Assembly (NCBI GenBank): GCA_023334545.1 | Contig: JAADVB010000013.1 | Coordinates: 1 to 64,000 of the forward strand | Reading direction: 5' to 3' | DNA length: 64,000 nucleotides | DNA from: Salisapilia sapeloensis CBS 127946 | Lineage: Eukaryota; Protista; Oomycota | Shown here: one piece after another, positions 47,184 to 58,004 of the stretch | How positions within the stretch are numbered: the stretch's first letter is position 1 | How the letters are laid out: each line of letters begins with the position of its first letter | Translations under genes and position numbers: made by a program | The notes under the pieces: generated by a model | The model's database searches: none | What the model was told of the DNA's origin: nothing | The model's input: the letters and a program-made list of their open reading frames with translations, nothing else

Positions 47184-49736
47184 ATGGCTCCCATCGGTTC
47201 CAAGCCACCCGTATGCGACTGCACGCAGCCTGCCACGGTCCGGTGCGCCAACTGCGACCTCTCCTACTGTAGCGCCTGCAGCGAACGCCGACATCAGCGC
47301 GGTTCCTTTCAGCGCCACTCAGTCCTTCCGCTGCAAAAGCAAGAGCTCTCTCCCTTACGTACGCAGCACGCTATGAACAATCTACCCGCAACAGGCAGTC
47401 CGGAGCCGACGGCAGCACAAGAACCGGAAGAAGTCTTTTGCGACGACTGCGGCGCCAACGCTGCGATCGTGTACTGCCAAGCGTGTGAACTGAACTTGTG
47501 CGATCCGTGCTGTGCCAGCGTCCACTCGCGAGGTGCGATGCAGCACCATGAAGCACAGCAGCAGTGGCAGTCGTTGCGATCGACTCGATCTGCCAGCAAT
47601 GCGTCTGCGAGTGCTTCCGTCCATAGCAACGGACGCACGACGACAGAGAGTGTAGAAGATGAAGACGATAATAAGCTGTCAGAAGCCAGTGACGCAGCTC
47701 CTGTCGCATCGCAATCGAATGCAAAGGACCCGTGGTCGGCGTGGAAGGAACGAGCGAGGAGTGATCCGGCGACAATGGAGGGTTCGTCCCAGTGGGAGCG
47801 CAGTTTCCCAACCTTTTCCATGCAGCCAAGTTCCTTGGACGATGAACTACAGATACCGTCCCTATCTTCCTCTCTACGATCGCTCTCGTTTGCTCCGAAT
47901 TCACCGGAACCGCCTTCAGACTTGCTTCGACCACGCAGTATCTCGGATTATACACCTCCAACATCTTGGCGAGAGTATCAGAGTCAGCACCCTACGAAGC
48001 GATACACATTGCCGAACGAACCGACGTTTGTCTCTCGTACTGTGTCGGCGTCTGATCTGTGGAAAGCTATGAAGACGACCTTTGCGTCTCGCCACGTCCT
48101 TTTGAAGAGCTCATATGGAGCGCTGGATGGCGTACAGCTCACACGTGCCTACGAGACGCTACAGCATTTTGGCCAAGTGGCTGTCGTACGTGAAGAATTC
48201 GTAGGTGATGGCATGCTCTTCGTCACGTTCTACGAGCTCAAAGCAGCGCTGGATGCTGTCAAGGCATGGAGCCATCACGCGCCGTTCCCAGCTTCCCTGC
48301 ACTTTTGTCTACCGTATGAAGTTCCAAGTGAACACAATAGTGCAACAGTCCTCGTTCGTCTAAACGGTCGACCTGTGTCGTCGACGGAGATGCGTCAATT
48401 TTGTTCTCGATTTGGTGAAGTCGCAAGCGTCTTACAGAACGACGTGCATGCAAGCAAGTATGTGGTGGAGTATAATGACAGTCGAGACCTCCAGCACGCT
48501 TTGCAAGGTCTAGGACAGAGCCTCCATCGATCCGGCGGTGCGTTAGCAGTGTCAAGAGCTACTCCACCGACGTTAGATATGGCCAAGATCCAGCTCTTCC
48601 ACGACTGTCTAGAGCAGCGTCCTCGTCGTCGCAGCTTTTCTAGCTCCACATCGATGCTGACGTCTCCCACCTCAACGTCTTCCTCTCCCATCAACGCGTC
48701 ATTTTTGGAGCCAGCCAACGGATACGACGATGCCAAGGGCTTTTCGATGAGCATGCACTCTCGCGTGCAACGTGTAAATGAGCATCCGTGGATGGACGCC
48801 GAGTCGATGCGGTCGAGGCCACGTAGCAGCTCTTCTTCATCCGGGATGCATGCGCCGACGCTCTTTTCCGCTCACTTTGACTCGTTCAGCAATCAGTATC
48901 CGATGCCTCCGAACAACGGGTACATGTACAATAACGGTCCAGCTCCTCGACTCGGTCCCAAGTACTCTTCCGGACGGTCTGGTAGTGATCCTGGATTCCC
49001 GCCAACGTTTTATGGTAACCAGGCACCGTCCATGGCGTACACGAAGACAGGACGACATGACCAAGGCTCAGGAGAGTTTAGCTTGAACATTGAAAAGGTG
49101 GCGGCTGGAGAAGACCAGCGTACGACGCTCATGATCCGGAACATCCCGAACAAGTACACGCAGCAGATGCTCTTGGCTGAGATCAACGCCCAGCACTTTG
49201 CCCAGTACGACTTTTTCTACCTGCCAATTGACTTCAAGAACAAGTGTAACATGGGCTATGCGTTCATCAACTTTTGCGAACCAGCGTCCATCGTGCCCTT
49301 CTATCGCGAATTCAACGGACAAAAGTGGTCCAATTTTAATAGCGAAAAAGTCTGCGCCATCTCGTATGCGAGGCTACAAGGCAAGCAGGCCATGATTGCC
49401 CGTTTCCAGAACTCGTCGCTCTTGGATAAACACGAGTCGTACAGGCCGCTGGTGTTTGAAAGCTCTGGACCAAATCGAGGCAAGCCAGAACCATTTCCTA
49501 GTCCCAAGCATCAGCCACAGCGGAAAGTGTACTATCCTCAGTACGGCATGACGAACGTGTCGGAGGACGTTGCGACGGACGGACGAGGCTTGCCACCACA
49601 CATGTATCACCCTGCGCCAAGCATGCCTCCGTACGGGTCCCACGCCGTGGACGCGTACAGTTCATACGGTGATAACAACGCAGCGTATGGGATGGACTAC
49701 TACGGTTCGTATCGGCGTGGCGTGTACCATCCCTGA
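47184..49736 (+). CDS. Mei2-like RRM protein with two N-terminal B-box zinc fingers
   Basis: TTLMIRNIPNKY...YDFFYLPIDFKNKCNMGYAFINF (Mei2 RRM3); two degenerate RRMs upstream; CANCDLSYCSAC...H and CQACELNLCDPC...H B-boxes. Confidence 0.9.
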   Translation: MAPIGSKPPVCDCTQPATVRCANCDLSYCSACSERRHQRGSFQRHSVLPLQKQELSPLRTQHAMNNLPATGSPEPTAAQEPEEVFCDDCGANAAIVYCQACELNLCDPCCASVHSRGAMQHHEAQQQWQSLRSTRSASNASASASVHSNGRTTTESVEDEDDNKLSEASDAAPVASQSNAKDPWSAWKERARSDPATMEGSSQWERSFPTFSMQPSSLDDELQIPSLSSSLRSLSFAPNSPEPPSDLLRPRSISDYTPPTSWREYQSQHPTKRYTLPNEPTFVSRTVSASDLWKAMKTTFASRHVLLKSSYGALDGVQLTRAYETLQHFGQVAVVREEFVGDGMLFVTFYELKAALDAVKAWSHHAPFPASLHFCLPYEVPSEHNSATVLVRLNGRPVSSTEMRQFCSRFGEVASVLQNDVHASKYVVEYNDSRDLQHALQGLGQSLHRSGGALAVSRATPPTLDMAKIQLFHDCLEQRPRRRSFSSSTSMLTSPTSTSSSPINASFLEPANGYDDAKGFSMSMHSRVQRVNEHPWMDAESMRSRPRSSSSSSGMHAPTLFSAHFDSFSNQYPMPPNNGYMYNNGPAPRLGPKYSSGRSGSDPGFPPTFYGNQAPSMAYTKTGRHDQGSGEFSLNIEKVAAGEDQRTTLMIRNIPNKYTQQMLLAEINAQHFAQYDFFYLPIDFKNKCNMGYAFINFCEPASIVPFYREFNGQKWSNFNSEKVCAISYARLQGKQAMIARFQNSSLLDKHESYRPLVFESSGPNRGKPEPFPSPKHQPQRKVYYPQYGMTNVSEDVATDGRGLPPHMYHPAPSMPPYGSHAVDAYSSYGDNNAAYGMDYYGSYRRGVYHP

Positions 49737-49920
49737 GTGGTACCTCGGTGTTCCCCATCGGACGTGTCTTATTAGGTATTAAATTTGCTTTTTTGCAGGA
49801 TGGACTTGTGCAATTTTTCGCTTTGATTTGTATTCTGGGTTTTGGCACGACAGGATCGCAGTGTATAAGAAATAAAAAGAGATATCGCTGAAGTGAGATT
49901 TGTGAATAGCTTTGCATGTA

Positions 49921-52900
49921 TTAGCGAGAGAATAGGAAACGCAAGTCCTCTTCCGTCAGACGATTGATAGCACTCACATTCGCACCAACAGTGCCTTCAA
50001 AGATCAGTCGTTTCTTTTCCTGCAACTGAAGGATGCGTTCTTCAATCGTGTCGGAGATGATGAAGCGTGTGGCTTGGATAGGTTTGAATTGACCAAGACG
50101 ATGTGTACGGTCGATCGCTTGGTTTTCCGCCGCAGGGTTCCACCATGGATCCATGAGGAAGATGTGAGAAGCGATCGTCAGGTTCAGAGCGACGCCCCCA
50201 GCTTTGAGACTGATGAGGAAGGCCGTGACGGTCGGGTCGTCTCGGAACTTCTTGATGGTCTTGTCTCGAGCGTCCGGAGACATGTTCCCGGACAGTCGGA
50301 CGGTCTTGACACCTCCGAGATCCAATCGGTGTTGGATCAAGTCCAACATGTTGACGAATTGAGAGAAGATGATGGCTTTGCCACTCGGATCTCGCACACG
50401 CATCAGATCGAGCTCTTGCATCAACGCTTCGATCTTGGTACTCGTCTGGAAGGACGCAAGGTCTCCGATACGACGCAAGATGCTACCCTTGTGGAACTTG
50501 GTAAGCGTAGACGAGACAACGGGCTTAGTCTCTTCCTCTTCCTTCACACTTAAGTCGATCGTGAGTTTCTTGTCGCATTCAGGACAGAGCGACGGTGTGC
50601 CTGGAGGTTGAGACTCGAGGAACTCTTTTACACACTCGCGACAGAACGGATGCTTGCATTTGGAAAACACCACATCCTCTGCCTCTTCATGACAGATACT
50701 ACACATAGGTACGTCCTTATCTTCTTCATTCGACAGCAATGGCGTTTCACTAACGACTGGACGCACAGACACAGCTCCATCCGCTAGAGGAGGAAGTTGG
50801 ATGGCTGGATTTGATTTCGAGAAACTGACGAGATACGGGTGGTCCACTGCTTGTCGGAGACGCACCAAGAGGTCAAAGATGTGCGCGTAGTTGTTCAAGA
50901 GCGTGCCACTGGACACGTACGTATTGAACTGCGCTTGACTCTGCGTGTAAATAGCTTCATAAAAGTCCTGCTCGCGTTCATCCAGTCCGTCCTTTCGAAT
51001 GCGCACGAGTTTCGGTGGAAGACAGAGATCATCTGCTCGTCCGTCCTTTGTCCGACGCAGTAGCACATGCTGCAGCACGTCGTTCTGCAGTCTCAGCATG
51101 GCAATCTTACCTTCTGCAACGTATCCGTACGCTTGGATCGGGATGGCTACCTTCTTATTAAAGTAGGAATAGTGCTGTGTTGATGGGTGTGGACACTGGT
51201 GACATCGACCTCTGGTGACGTTAAAGTCGAGCATCTGACACTCGCACTTGGTGCATACGTAGTATGCGTACGGATCGATTTGGAGGAAACGAATGAGAGA
51301 AAAGAGTTCGCCGATACGGTTCTGCAGTGGCGTACCAGTAAGGCACCACTTATAGGTCGACGTGAGGTCAAAGACGCTCTTGGCCGTGTTGCACTTGCGG
51401 TCTTTAATATAGTGCGCTTCATCCAAGACGATCCGCGTCCAGTTGATGTTGTGCAGAGGAGACGTACCTTTTTGTTTCACAGGCTCTGGCTCCTCCTCTT
51501 CCCCGTCGCTCTCACTCATCTCTCGCTTCCGCTTTCGACTCAGATTAATACGTTGGATGGCCGTCATCTTCTTCGGCATATCCTCATCACTCTCTTCTCC
51601 TGCAGCCTTCTTTCCCTTCTTTTCTTGCTTGGCTTGTGCCGCCGACTTGCGAGCGTTTGGACCACAAAAGTATCGGTTGTGGACACGTAGCTTATCGGGC
51701 AGGAACCGACGTTTACAGTACTTGCACGCAACTTTGCCCCATCCACGTGTCTTTCGACACTCGTACTCAATGATCGAGTACGTTGTCAGGACAATATCGT
51801 ACTTGGCGATTGCTTTCGACAACGTCATGCGCTTATTTCCGTGGTGGACATAAATGGACAGATAGTCCGCATCGACAAACTGCTCTATCTCGCTCTTCCA
51901 CTGGAGAACAGCGACGACAGGACACACCACAAGTGTACCGCCTCGTACCTTGTCTCCTGGATCACTCTTCTCCCGGACGTTCTCGAGGATAGTAGCGATG
52001 GCTTGGATCGTCTTGCCCATACCCATCTCATCTGCCAAGATCCCTCCGCGATACTTTCCTTTCTCCTGTGCAGTCATCCACGCCAGAGCTTCTCGTTGGT
52101 ATGGGAGAAGCGGGACGGTGAGGTGTGGCGACGGATCCTGTGCTTTCATCGGAGCTTTTTGGTCGTAATGGTCTTGCGAGAGTGGAATCCGTTCATCCAA
52201 GAGGTTTTTTTCCTCGTTGCTTTCCATGTGAGCTTGAAGAGTATCTCGATCTGGCTTTTCAAGTTCTTGGAAACCTTCAATCGGCTCGACATTATCTGCG
52301 TCTTTATTCTCTTCTGCAGCGAGCTTTTTGGCGGTGGAATAACAGATCTGAGTGCAGTGGATGTGCTTGTAGTACGTCGTCATGCCGAACATGGAGTGCC
52401 GGACACGTACACCGATGCGTATCTGCTTCTTTTCAAACTTTTCTTCACAAGATTTACACTTTGCACGCTTGTTCCTAGCGTACTCGACAAAATAGTTCGG
52501 TCCATTCTCTTCCTCTTCTTCCGATTGTTCAGCCGAGTTGTCACCAGTCATGCCAAACACTTGGTTGCTTTGATGAGCATTCGTTTCAGGCTGGGTGGCC
52601 GTGTTTCCACGACTGTGAGGACGTCTCGCTGTTTGCAAACTTGGCGCAGGAGTAGAGTTCGGAGTACTATCGGATAACGCTTCATCCGATGCATCGCTGC
52701 TTTCCTCACTCTTCACTTGGAAGTCACTGTCATCGTCTTGCTCATCACTATCCTGCTCCATATCTGCTTTGCTCTTCTTCTTTGCTGCTGTCTTCGCAGC
52801 ACGCGTATTCCTACGAAGTCTCTTTAATGGTGACTTGCCATTGGACTTTTTGGGTGTAGCGTCCTTGGCTGTTTCTACATCTGAATGACCACTGCACTTG

Positions 52901-53058
52901 TTACAGAGCCATCCGCTCGCGAGCTTCGGACGTCGGCGTTTCGGCGGATCACAGCATGCTAGATGATAGATATCACGACAATTACTACACATGATCGTCG
53001 CCCGGTTATTCTGCTTTTCACACACGACACAAGTGTCATCTTCTTCACTACTTTCCAT
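49921..53058 (-). CDS. RAD16: RAD16-like SNF2 ATPase / RING E3 with N-terminal PHD and PARP-type zinc finger
   Basis: GGILADEMGMGKT, DEAH, LTGTPLQN, C3HC4 RING, DPWWNPA, QAIDRTHRLGQ; PHD CVVC...HLAC...WLCNKC; zf-PARP YFVEYA...KCKSC...RIG...HIHC. Confidence 0.9.
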   Translation of the reverse strand: MESSEEDDTCVVCEKQNNRATIMCSNCRDIYHLACCDPPKRRRPKLASGWLCNKCSGHSDVETAKDATPKKSNGKSPLKRLRRNTRAAKTAAKKKSKADMEQDSDEQDDDSDFQVKSEESSDASDEALSDSTPNSTPAPSLQTARRPHSRGNTATQPETNAHQSNQVFGMTGDNSAEQSEEEEENGPNYFVEYARNKRAKCKSCEEKFEKKQIRIGVRVRHSMFGMTTYYKHIHCTQICYSTAKKLAAEENKDADNVEPIEGFQELEKPDRDTLQAHMESNEEKNLLDERIPLSQDHYDQKAPMKAQDPSPHLTVPLLPYQREALAWMTAQEKGKYRGGILADEMGMGKTIQAIATILENVREKSDPGDKVRGGTLVVCPVVAVLQWKSEIEQFVDADYLSIYVHHGNKRMTLSKAIAKYDIVLTTYSIIEYECRKTRGWGKVACKYCKRRFLPDKLRVHNRYFCGPNARKSAAQAKQEKKGKKAAGEESDEDMPKKMTAIQRINLSRKRKREMSESDGEEEEPEPVKQKGTSPLHNINWTRIVLDEAHYIKDRKCNTAKSVFDLTSTYKWCLTGTPLQNRIGELFSLIRFLQIDPYAYYVCTKCECQMLDFNVTRGRCHQCPHPSTQHYSYFNKKVAIPIQAYGYVAEGKIAMLRLQNDVLQHVLLRRTKDGRADDLCLPPKLVRIRKDGLDEREQDFYEAIYTQSQAQFNTYVSSGTLLNNYAHIFDLLVRLRQAVDHPYLVSFSKSNPAIQLPPLADGAVSVRPVVSETPLLSNEEDKDVPMCSICHEEAEDVVFSKCKHPFCRECVKEFLESQPPGTPSLCPECDKKLTIDLSVKEEEETKPVVSSTLTKFHKGSILRRIGDLASFQTSTKIEALMQELDLMRVRDPSGKAIIFSQFVNMLDLIQHRLDLGGVKTVRLSGNMSPDARDKTIKKFRDDPTVTAFLISLKAGGVALNLTIASHIFLMDPWWNPAAENQAIDRTHRLGQFKPIQATRFIISDTIEERILQLQEKKRLIFEGTVGANVSAINRLTEEDLRFLFSR

Positions 53059-53220
53059 GCTCTTCCGAAGCCGTTGGCCGATATACGAATGAAAGCGATC
53101 GAAACGTCCCGAGAAGCATGTTAAACTCGTTGTATATGGCACAAAGTATGCCGCTTACAACATAGATCTACCAGATCGCGGGAAATCGAGTCGAAAAGAC
53201 ACGAGTACCGGGAAGTCGAG

Positions 53221-53781
53221 ATGGGGCTCTTGAGTATCTTGAAGAAAGTCAAGGAGAAGGAAAAGGAGTTGAGAATCTTACTGCTCGGACTCGATAACGC
53301 AGGCAAGACGACGATCGTAAAAAAGTTCCTTGGACAAGATATTTCGACCATCTCCCCGACGCTCGGCTTTGATATCCAGACGCTCACCTTTCGACAGTTC
53401 AAGCTCAACGTATGGGACGTTGGTGGACAGCAGACAATCCGGTCGTACTGGCGGAACTACTTTGAGCAGACCGATGGCCTCATTTGGGTCGTCGACAGTG
53501 CCGATCGTCGACGACTCAAAGACTGTCGAGAAGAGCTCCGGTCGTTGTTGATACAGGAAAAGCTCGCTGGAGCTACGCTCCTCATCTTTGCGAATAAACA
53601 GGACCTCCCTGGCGCTCTGTCTTGTGAAGAGATCGCCGACTTTCTCGGCCTACAGGACGCACAGTACTCGTCGAGGCACTGGAGCATCATCCCGTGCAGT
53701 GCCTTCACAGGCGACGGCCTGCTCGATGGGATCGAGTGGCTCGTAAATGACATAGCTAGTCGTATCTTTCTTATGGAATAA
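53221..53781 (+). CDS. ARL2: ADP-ribosylation factor-like GTPase 2
   Basis: [43 protein letters not shown]. Confidence 0.95.
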   Translation: MGLLSILKKVKEKEKELRILLLGLDNAGKTTIVKKFLGQDISTISPTLGFDIQTLTFRQFKLNVWDVGGQQTIRSYWRNYFEQTDGLIWVVDSADRRRLKDCREELRSLLIQEKLAGATLLIFANKQDLPGALSCEEIADFLGLQDAQYSSRHWSIIPCSAFTGDGLLDGIEWLVNDIASRIFLME

Positions 53782-53812
53782 CACGTACACAATGAATTGC
53801 ATGTTAAGTGTA

Positions 53813-55197
53813 TCAATTGGCGCCTGGTAGAAAGGTGCCAGGAGGTAGAACCAGTTTGGGTTTCTCCACCGGACAAGCTACGCTCGCTTCTTCCAGCCGC
53901 AACCGGAACGCTTCTACTTCCTTGTCGACTTCATCCGGACTCTCCTCAAACTGATCACTCTCCTCGCTCTTGGGCGTAGCCTCAACTTTTTCCTGCTTCT
54001 CCTTCTTCTTCCGCTTCTTCTTCTCTTTGTTCTTCCGTTTCTTCGGCACAGTCTTTTGACTCGCACGCAGGTCAGCAATCTCATCACGCAGCAGCTCTGC
54101 CTGCACAGCTAGTGAGTGCTGCAAGGCTGCTTGATACGCGTCCTCTAATTGCTCTCGGAACTTGATGGCAAGGACTTCGAGGATGAATTCTTGAGCGAGG
54201 TGCGGCGTATTGGCACCAGGACACTCGTTCAAGTCTTCCTCTTCCTCCTCTTCACTCTCTTCTTCTTCCCAATCGCTTTCAAACTCATCAAAAGCAGCGT
54301 CGAGACTGGATAAAAAGCTGAATTGATCTCCATAGCGTATCAAGTCAAGGACGAAACCAGGATGATCTTCTCGAATGACAATGTACCGGTCTTGAGAAGT
54401 AACGTCCGAAGCTTCAAGAGGACGCATGGGAGGGAGAGAGCTTCTAGACGTGACGACAGTGCGACTCGTTCCGTCCGTTTGTCGATGCATTTCACAAGTA
54501 AAGACGACCTCGTGGCTTTCGACGATCATTTCATCCTCACTTTCATCTCCCCACCCACTCTCAGAGCTCTCGTCTTCTGGCGGGAAAGCTGGGTGAACGT
54601 TAAACATCTCTTGCAACGATCGGGACCCACTTCGTCGGTGTTCATGGTCTCCCCACTCTTGTAGGACGTTGTCGTGGCATTCACAACATAGTTTTTGGCG
54701 GATCAAGAACCGATTCAAAGCTTCTACGTAGACGCTTCGGTGGATGCGGAGTAGAGGACGTTTGGAAGAGAGTGGAAGGTCTTTCCAAAAGTTGAGCAGC
54801 TCTTCCAGTGTATATCCACGAGCAAAGGATGAGGAAGAAACGAGAGCATCTAATCGAGCGTCCAATCGAGCGCTCTTGGCCGTGGGATTTGGTCTGCGAT
54901 TGGAACTGCTTTTGCGACTGGACTTGGAGAAGGATTCGCGAGGTGAGAGCTCAAAGTCATCATCATGCCAGCCATTTCTACATTGTGGTTAGTATCCATA
55001 GGAGGTACAGTGCGCATGGAGGTGTACCTATACTTTGTCGCTAGCATGAAACCTGTGGCTCGCTGGAGCATGCGGTGCTTCCGGAGCAAGGACCGACGCT
55101 CTTTCACGTGGTCAAAGGTCAACTTATCGTCCATTTGATTCTCGTCGTGGGAACGACGCTGGTCGTCCGACGGGCTACTGCTCTTCCGACGTGTCAT
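53813..55197 (-). CDS. GGNBP2/ZNF403-like protein (2 exons, 444 aa)
   Basis: Intron 54978-55027 joins two ORFs in frame; FWKDL...LNRFLIRQKLCCECHDNVL and ANTPHLAQEFIL resemble remembered GGNBP2 motifs; Lys-rich tail. Confidence 0.55.
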
Positions 55198-55503
55198 ACA
55201 AAGGTCTTGTATGAAAATATTTCGACTGGAAGTAGACGCTAGACGATGGCGAAGTATATGAATCGGACGATATGTCGAAGGGGTAAGTAGACAACGGCCG
55301 ACCTTCGCTCCCAAAGACTCGATTTGTCTTTGCTCTCGTTCGTGTGTTTTTACCTTGCTCTGATTCGCACAAATGGACGTAAGTAATACACGCGGATTGG
55401 CGGAAAAGGGTCTAGCAGCTGGCTCGTCTTACTTTATGATCTTCAGTAATAGTCATATTACGGACCAAAGAAAGGCTCTTATCAGACATTCGGGCGAATC
55501 GCC

Positions 55504-56358
55504 ATGTCGAGTCTAGCGGCCACGCAGGCCGATGGGTATTACTATCCCAAGGATTGGGATCCGTCGAAAGGGTCGTTGAACGCATATCAAAAGTCCCATC
55601 CGCTCGGGAAGCGTGCCAAGCACCTGCACTCCGATAGAGAGCTCGTGGTTCGCTTTGAAATGCCGTTTAACACCCAATGCACACACTGCTCGCTATCGAT
55701 CGGTCGAGGCGTACGCTTCAATGCACGCAAGAAGAAAGTAGGCATGTATTTCTCGACTGTTATATATGAATTCCGTATGCGTTGTACGTCCTGCAAGAAG
55801 GATATGTGCATTCGGAACGATCCGGAGCATCGAGGGTATGCCATGACCTATGGTATTCGTCAAAAGGACGAGACGTTCGAAGCTGCGGATGTCGAAACAG
55901 AGGTCTTGAATGACATAGAAACATCTAGGAAGGTTCAGGAAGATCCGTTTTATCGATTGGAACATGAAAACGCAGATAAAGCTGCAGCAAAGAAGAGAGC
56001 GAGAGGCTTTGAAGCTCTGGTGAGTGTCCAAGACGCACAGTTTAAAGACGATTACTCCAGTAACAGTAATCTGCGGTCCAAGTTTCGTAAAGAAAAGAAG
56101 CATATCAAGTCAAGGCAGCAAGAAGCGAAGCGGCTGGGGATTGCCAACGTTCCGTTGCTCGAGCCGAATACAAGTGACAGGGTAAAAGCAAAGGCAGTTG
56201 TCTACAAAGCAATTCCAGGTGCCAATCAAGTTGGACGAAAGAGACGAACAGATACGAGTAGCTTTCAGCATTTTGGAGACACAGTCGGGTCTCAACTCCA
56301 TCGTTTAAAAGCAGCCAAGAGAGCGAAGCATAGTGTCGGAAGGAGAATGAAAAGATAA
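55504..56358 (+). CDS. CCDC130: CCDC130/YJU2B splicing factor (CWC16 family)
   Basis: YYYPKDWDP, VVRFEMPFN..C..C, GVRFNA.KKKVG.YFST, DPFYRLEH. Confidence 0.92.
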   Translation: MSSLAATQADGYYYPKDWDPSKGSLNAYQKSHPLGKRAKHLHSDRELVVRFEMPFNTQCTHCSLSIGRGVRFNARKKKVGMYFSTVIYEFRMRCTSCKKDMCIRNDPEHRGYAMTYGIRQKDETFEAADVETEVLNDIETSRKVQEDPFYRLEHENADKAAAKKRARGFEALVSVQDAQFKDDYSSNSNLRSKFRKEKKHIKSRQQEAKRLGIANVPLLEPNTSDRVKAKAVVYKAIPGANQVGRKRRTDTSSFQHFGDTVGSQLHRLKAAKRAKHSVGRRMKR

Positions 56359-56744
56359 ATAACTATTTCTTTTTTTACTTTTTAATTGACTTGATGGGGG
56401 CAAAGGTCTTCAGCCAGATTGGTTCAGGTGGGGTCTAATAGATTTGGAAACAGTAACGTGGAGACTGGTCATTAAATTCAGAGTGGACAAGTATCTCGTA
56501 CTCAAACTTAATTTCTACCAACACAGCTATGGTTTTAATAGTGTACTTGACCTCTAATCGATTACGCCAGATCGCCAATCACCTACAACTCATGCTTTAC
56601 ACCTGCAAAGGCGACAAAGAAACAGTATCTTTGTCCAATCACTTACATTAACTCTGTTCATGTCAACTTGGCCTATATGTTAGCGTTGTACGCATTGCCA
56701 CACTTGACTACATTTAAACGTCACTTTTGTTTTCAATTGATCCT

Positions 56745-57896
56745 TTACGACAAACTAGGTCGGTCAATGCGAAAGAGATCCGTTGCATGAGACGTAGACC
56801 CATCCAGTGCCAATTGAACAAGCATTTCACCAATGACAGGTGTCATTTTGGCACCATGACCACTAAATCCAGCTCCCACGACGATCTTACGTCCGCTCTC
56901 CGGTACAAAGTCGACGATGAAGTTTTCATCCGGTGTCATCGTGTACAAGCAGTCGTCCACACGGCATGGTTCATCCGTAAGTAGATGAGCGAAATCTTTA
57001 CGTACGACGGAACGTAGTTTATCAACATCACTTGCTGCTTGTTTTACGCCAGGACGTTTATCCGGGTCAATGTTCGGTCCGTCATGCAGACAGATCTTCA
57101 CACCTTGAACGCCACTTGCTGATGGCATACCGTAGAGGTATGGTGGGACTGCATTGATGAAAATAGGAAAGTTGTTTGGTGTATACTTGTCCTTGTGTTC
57201 TTCCGGACAGGTCCAAAACGTGCCAAAGACAGCACGAGGCTGTAAGGATACATCAGCGTTTTGGAGAAGTCGACTTGCCCAGCTACCGGCGGTAATGATG
57301 CATTTAGTACCGTACATCACTTGCCCGCCTACTAGTTCCACGGCGACGAATCCATTGTCACCTTCTTTGACGCTTTGTACGCCCGTGTTGTCACGCAACG
57401 TAGCGCCCTGCTTTTCAGCTAGCGTTTGAAGCGTCTTCATCGCTTGATCCGGGTTTAGCACCCCAGCATAATCCGTGTAGATGGCATCTCCGGACGATGG
57501 CAACGTGAACCCGGGGAAACGTTCATTCACTTGAGATCCACTTAGCCTTTCATGAGGCACTTTGTGCGTCTTCAGAGAAGCTCCAACCTTGTCTAAGTTG
57601 TCGGTGGGTGTGGTAGCGTAGTCGAGACCACCAGTCATCTCAATCAGCTCGACGTTACTCTCTTTTTCAAGCTGCTTCCACATCTCGAGCGAATCCAGAC
57701 ACAGCTTTGTGTAAATCGGTTCAGAGTACGCTACACGAAAGATGCGGTTTCGTCCGTGGCTCGACCCTTTCGTATGCAGAAACGAGAATTGCTCGAGAAG
57801 TAGGACACGAGCACCTTTCTTGGAAGCGTGATAAGCAGCCGAACTACCCATGAGACCGGCGCCAACGATAACGAGATCGAACTGGTCGGTAGACAT
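56745..57896 (-). CDS. Sarcosine/pipecolate oxidase (MSOX/PIPOX family flavoprotein)
   Basis: IVGAGLMGSS, GSSHGRNRIFR, flavinylation Cys motif CLYT, GFSGHGAK. Confidence 0.92.
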   Translation of the reverse strand: MSTDQFDLVIVGAGLMGSSAAYHASKKGARVLLLEQFSFLHTKGSSHGRNRIFRVAYSEPIYTKLCLDSLEMWKQLEKESNVELIEMTGGLDYATTPTDNLDKVGASLKTHKVPHERLSGSQVNERFPGFTLPSSGDAIYTDYAGVLNPDQAMKTLQTLAEKQGATLRDNTGVQSVKEGDNGFVAVELVGGQVMYGTKCIITAGSWASRLLQNADVSLQPRAVFGTFWTCPEEHKDKYTPNNFPIFINAVPPYLYGMPSASGVQGVKICLHDGPNIDPDKRPGVKQAASDVDKLRSVVRKDFAHLLTDEPCRVDDCLYTMTPDENFIVDFVPESGRKIVVGAGFSGHGAKMTPVIGEMLVQLALDGSTSHATDLFRIDRPSLS

Positions 57897-58004
57897 TGTT
57901 TTCCAAGACACGTGAGTCGCTGAGAAGGATGTGAACAGTAAGAAAGTGGTATTAGCGCAGCCGTCTATCTTGAAGAGCTGCAATTCATCTAATCGACTGA
58001 TGAG

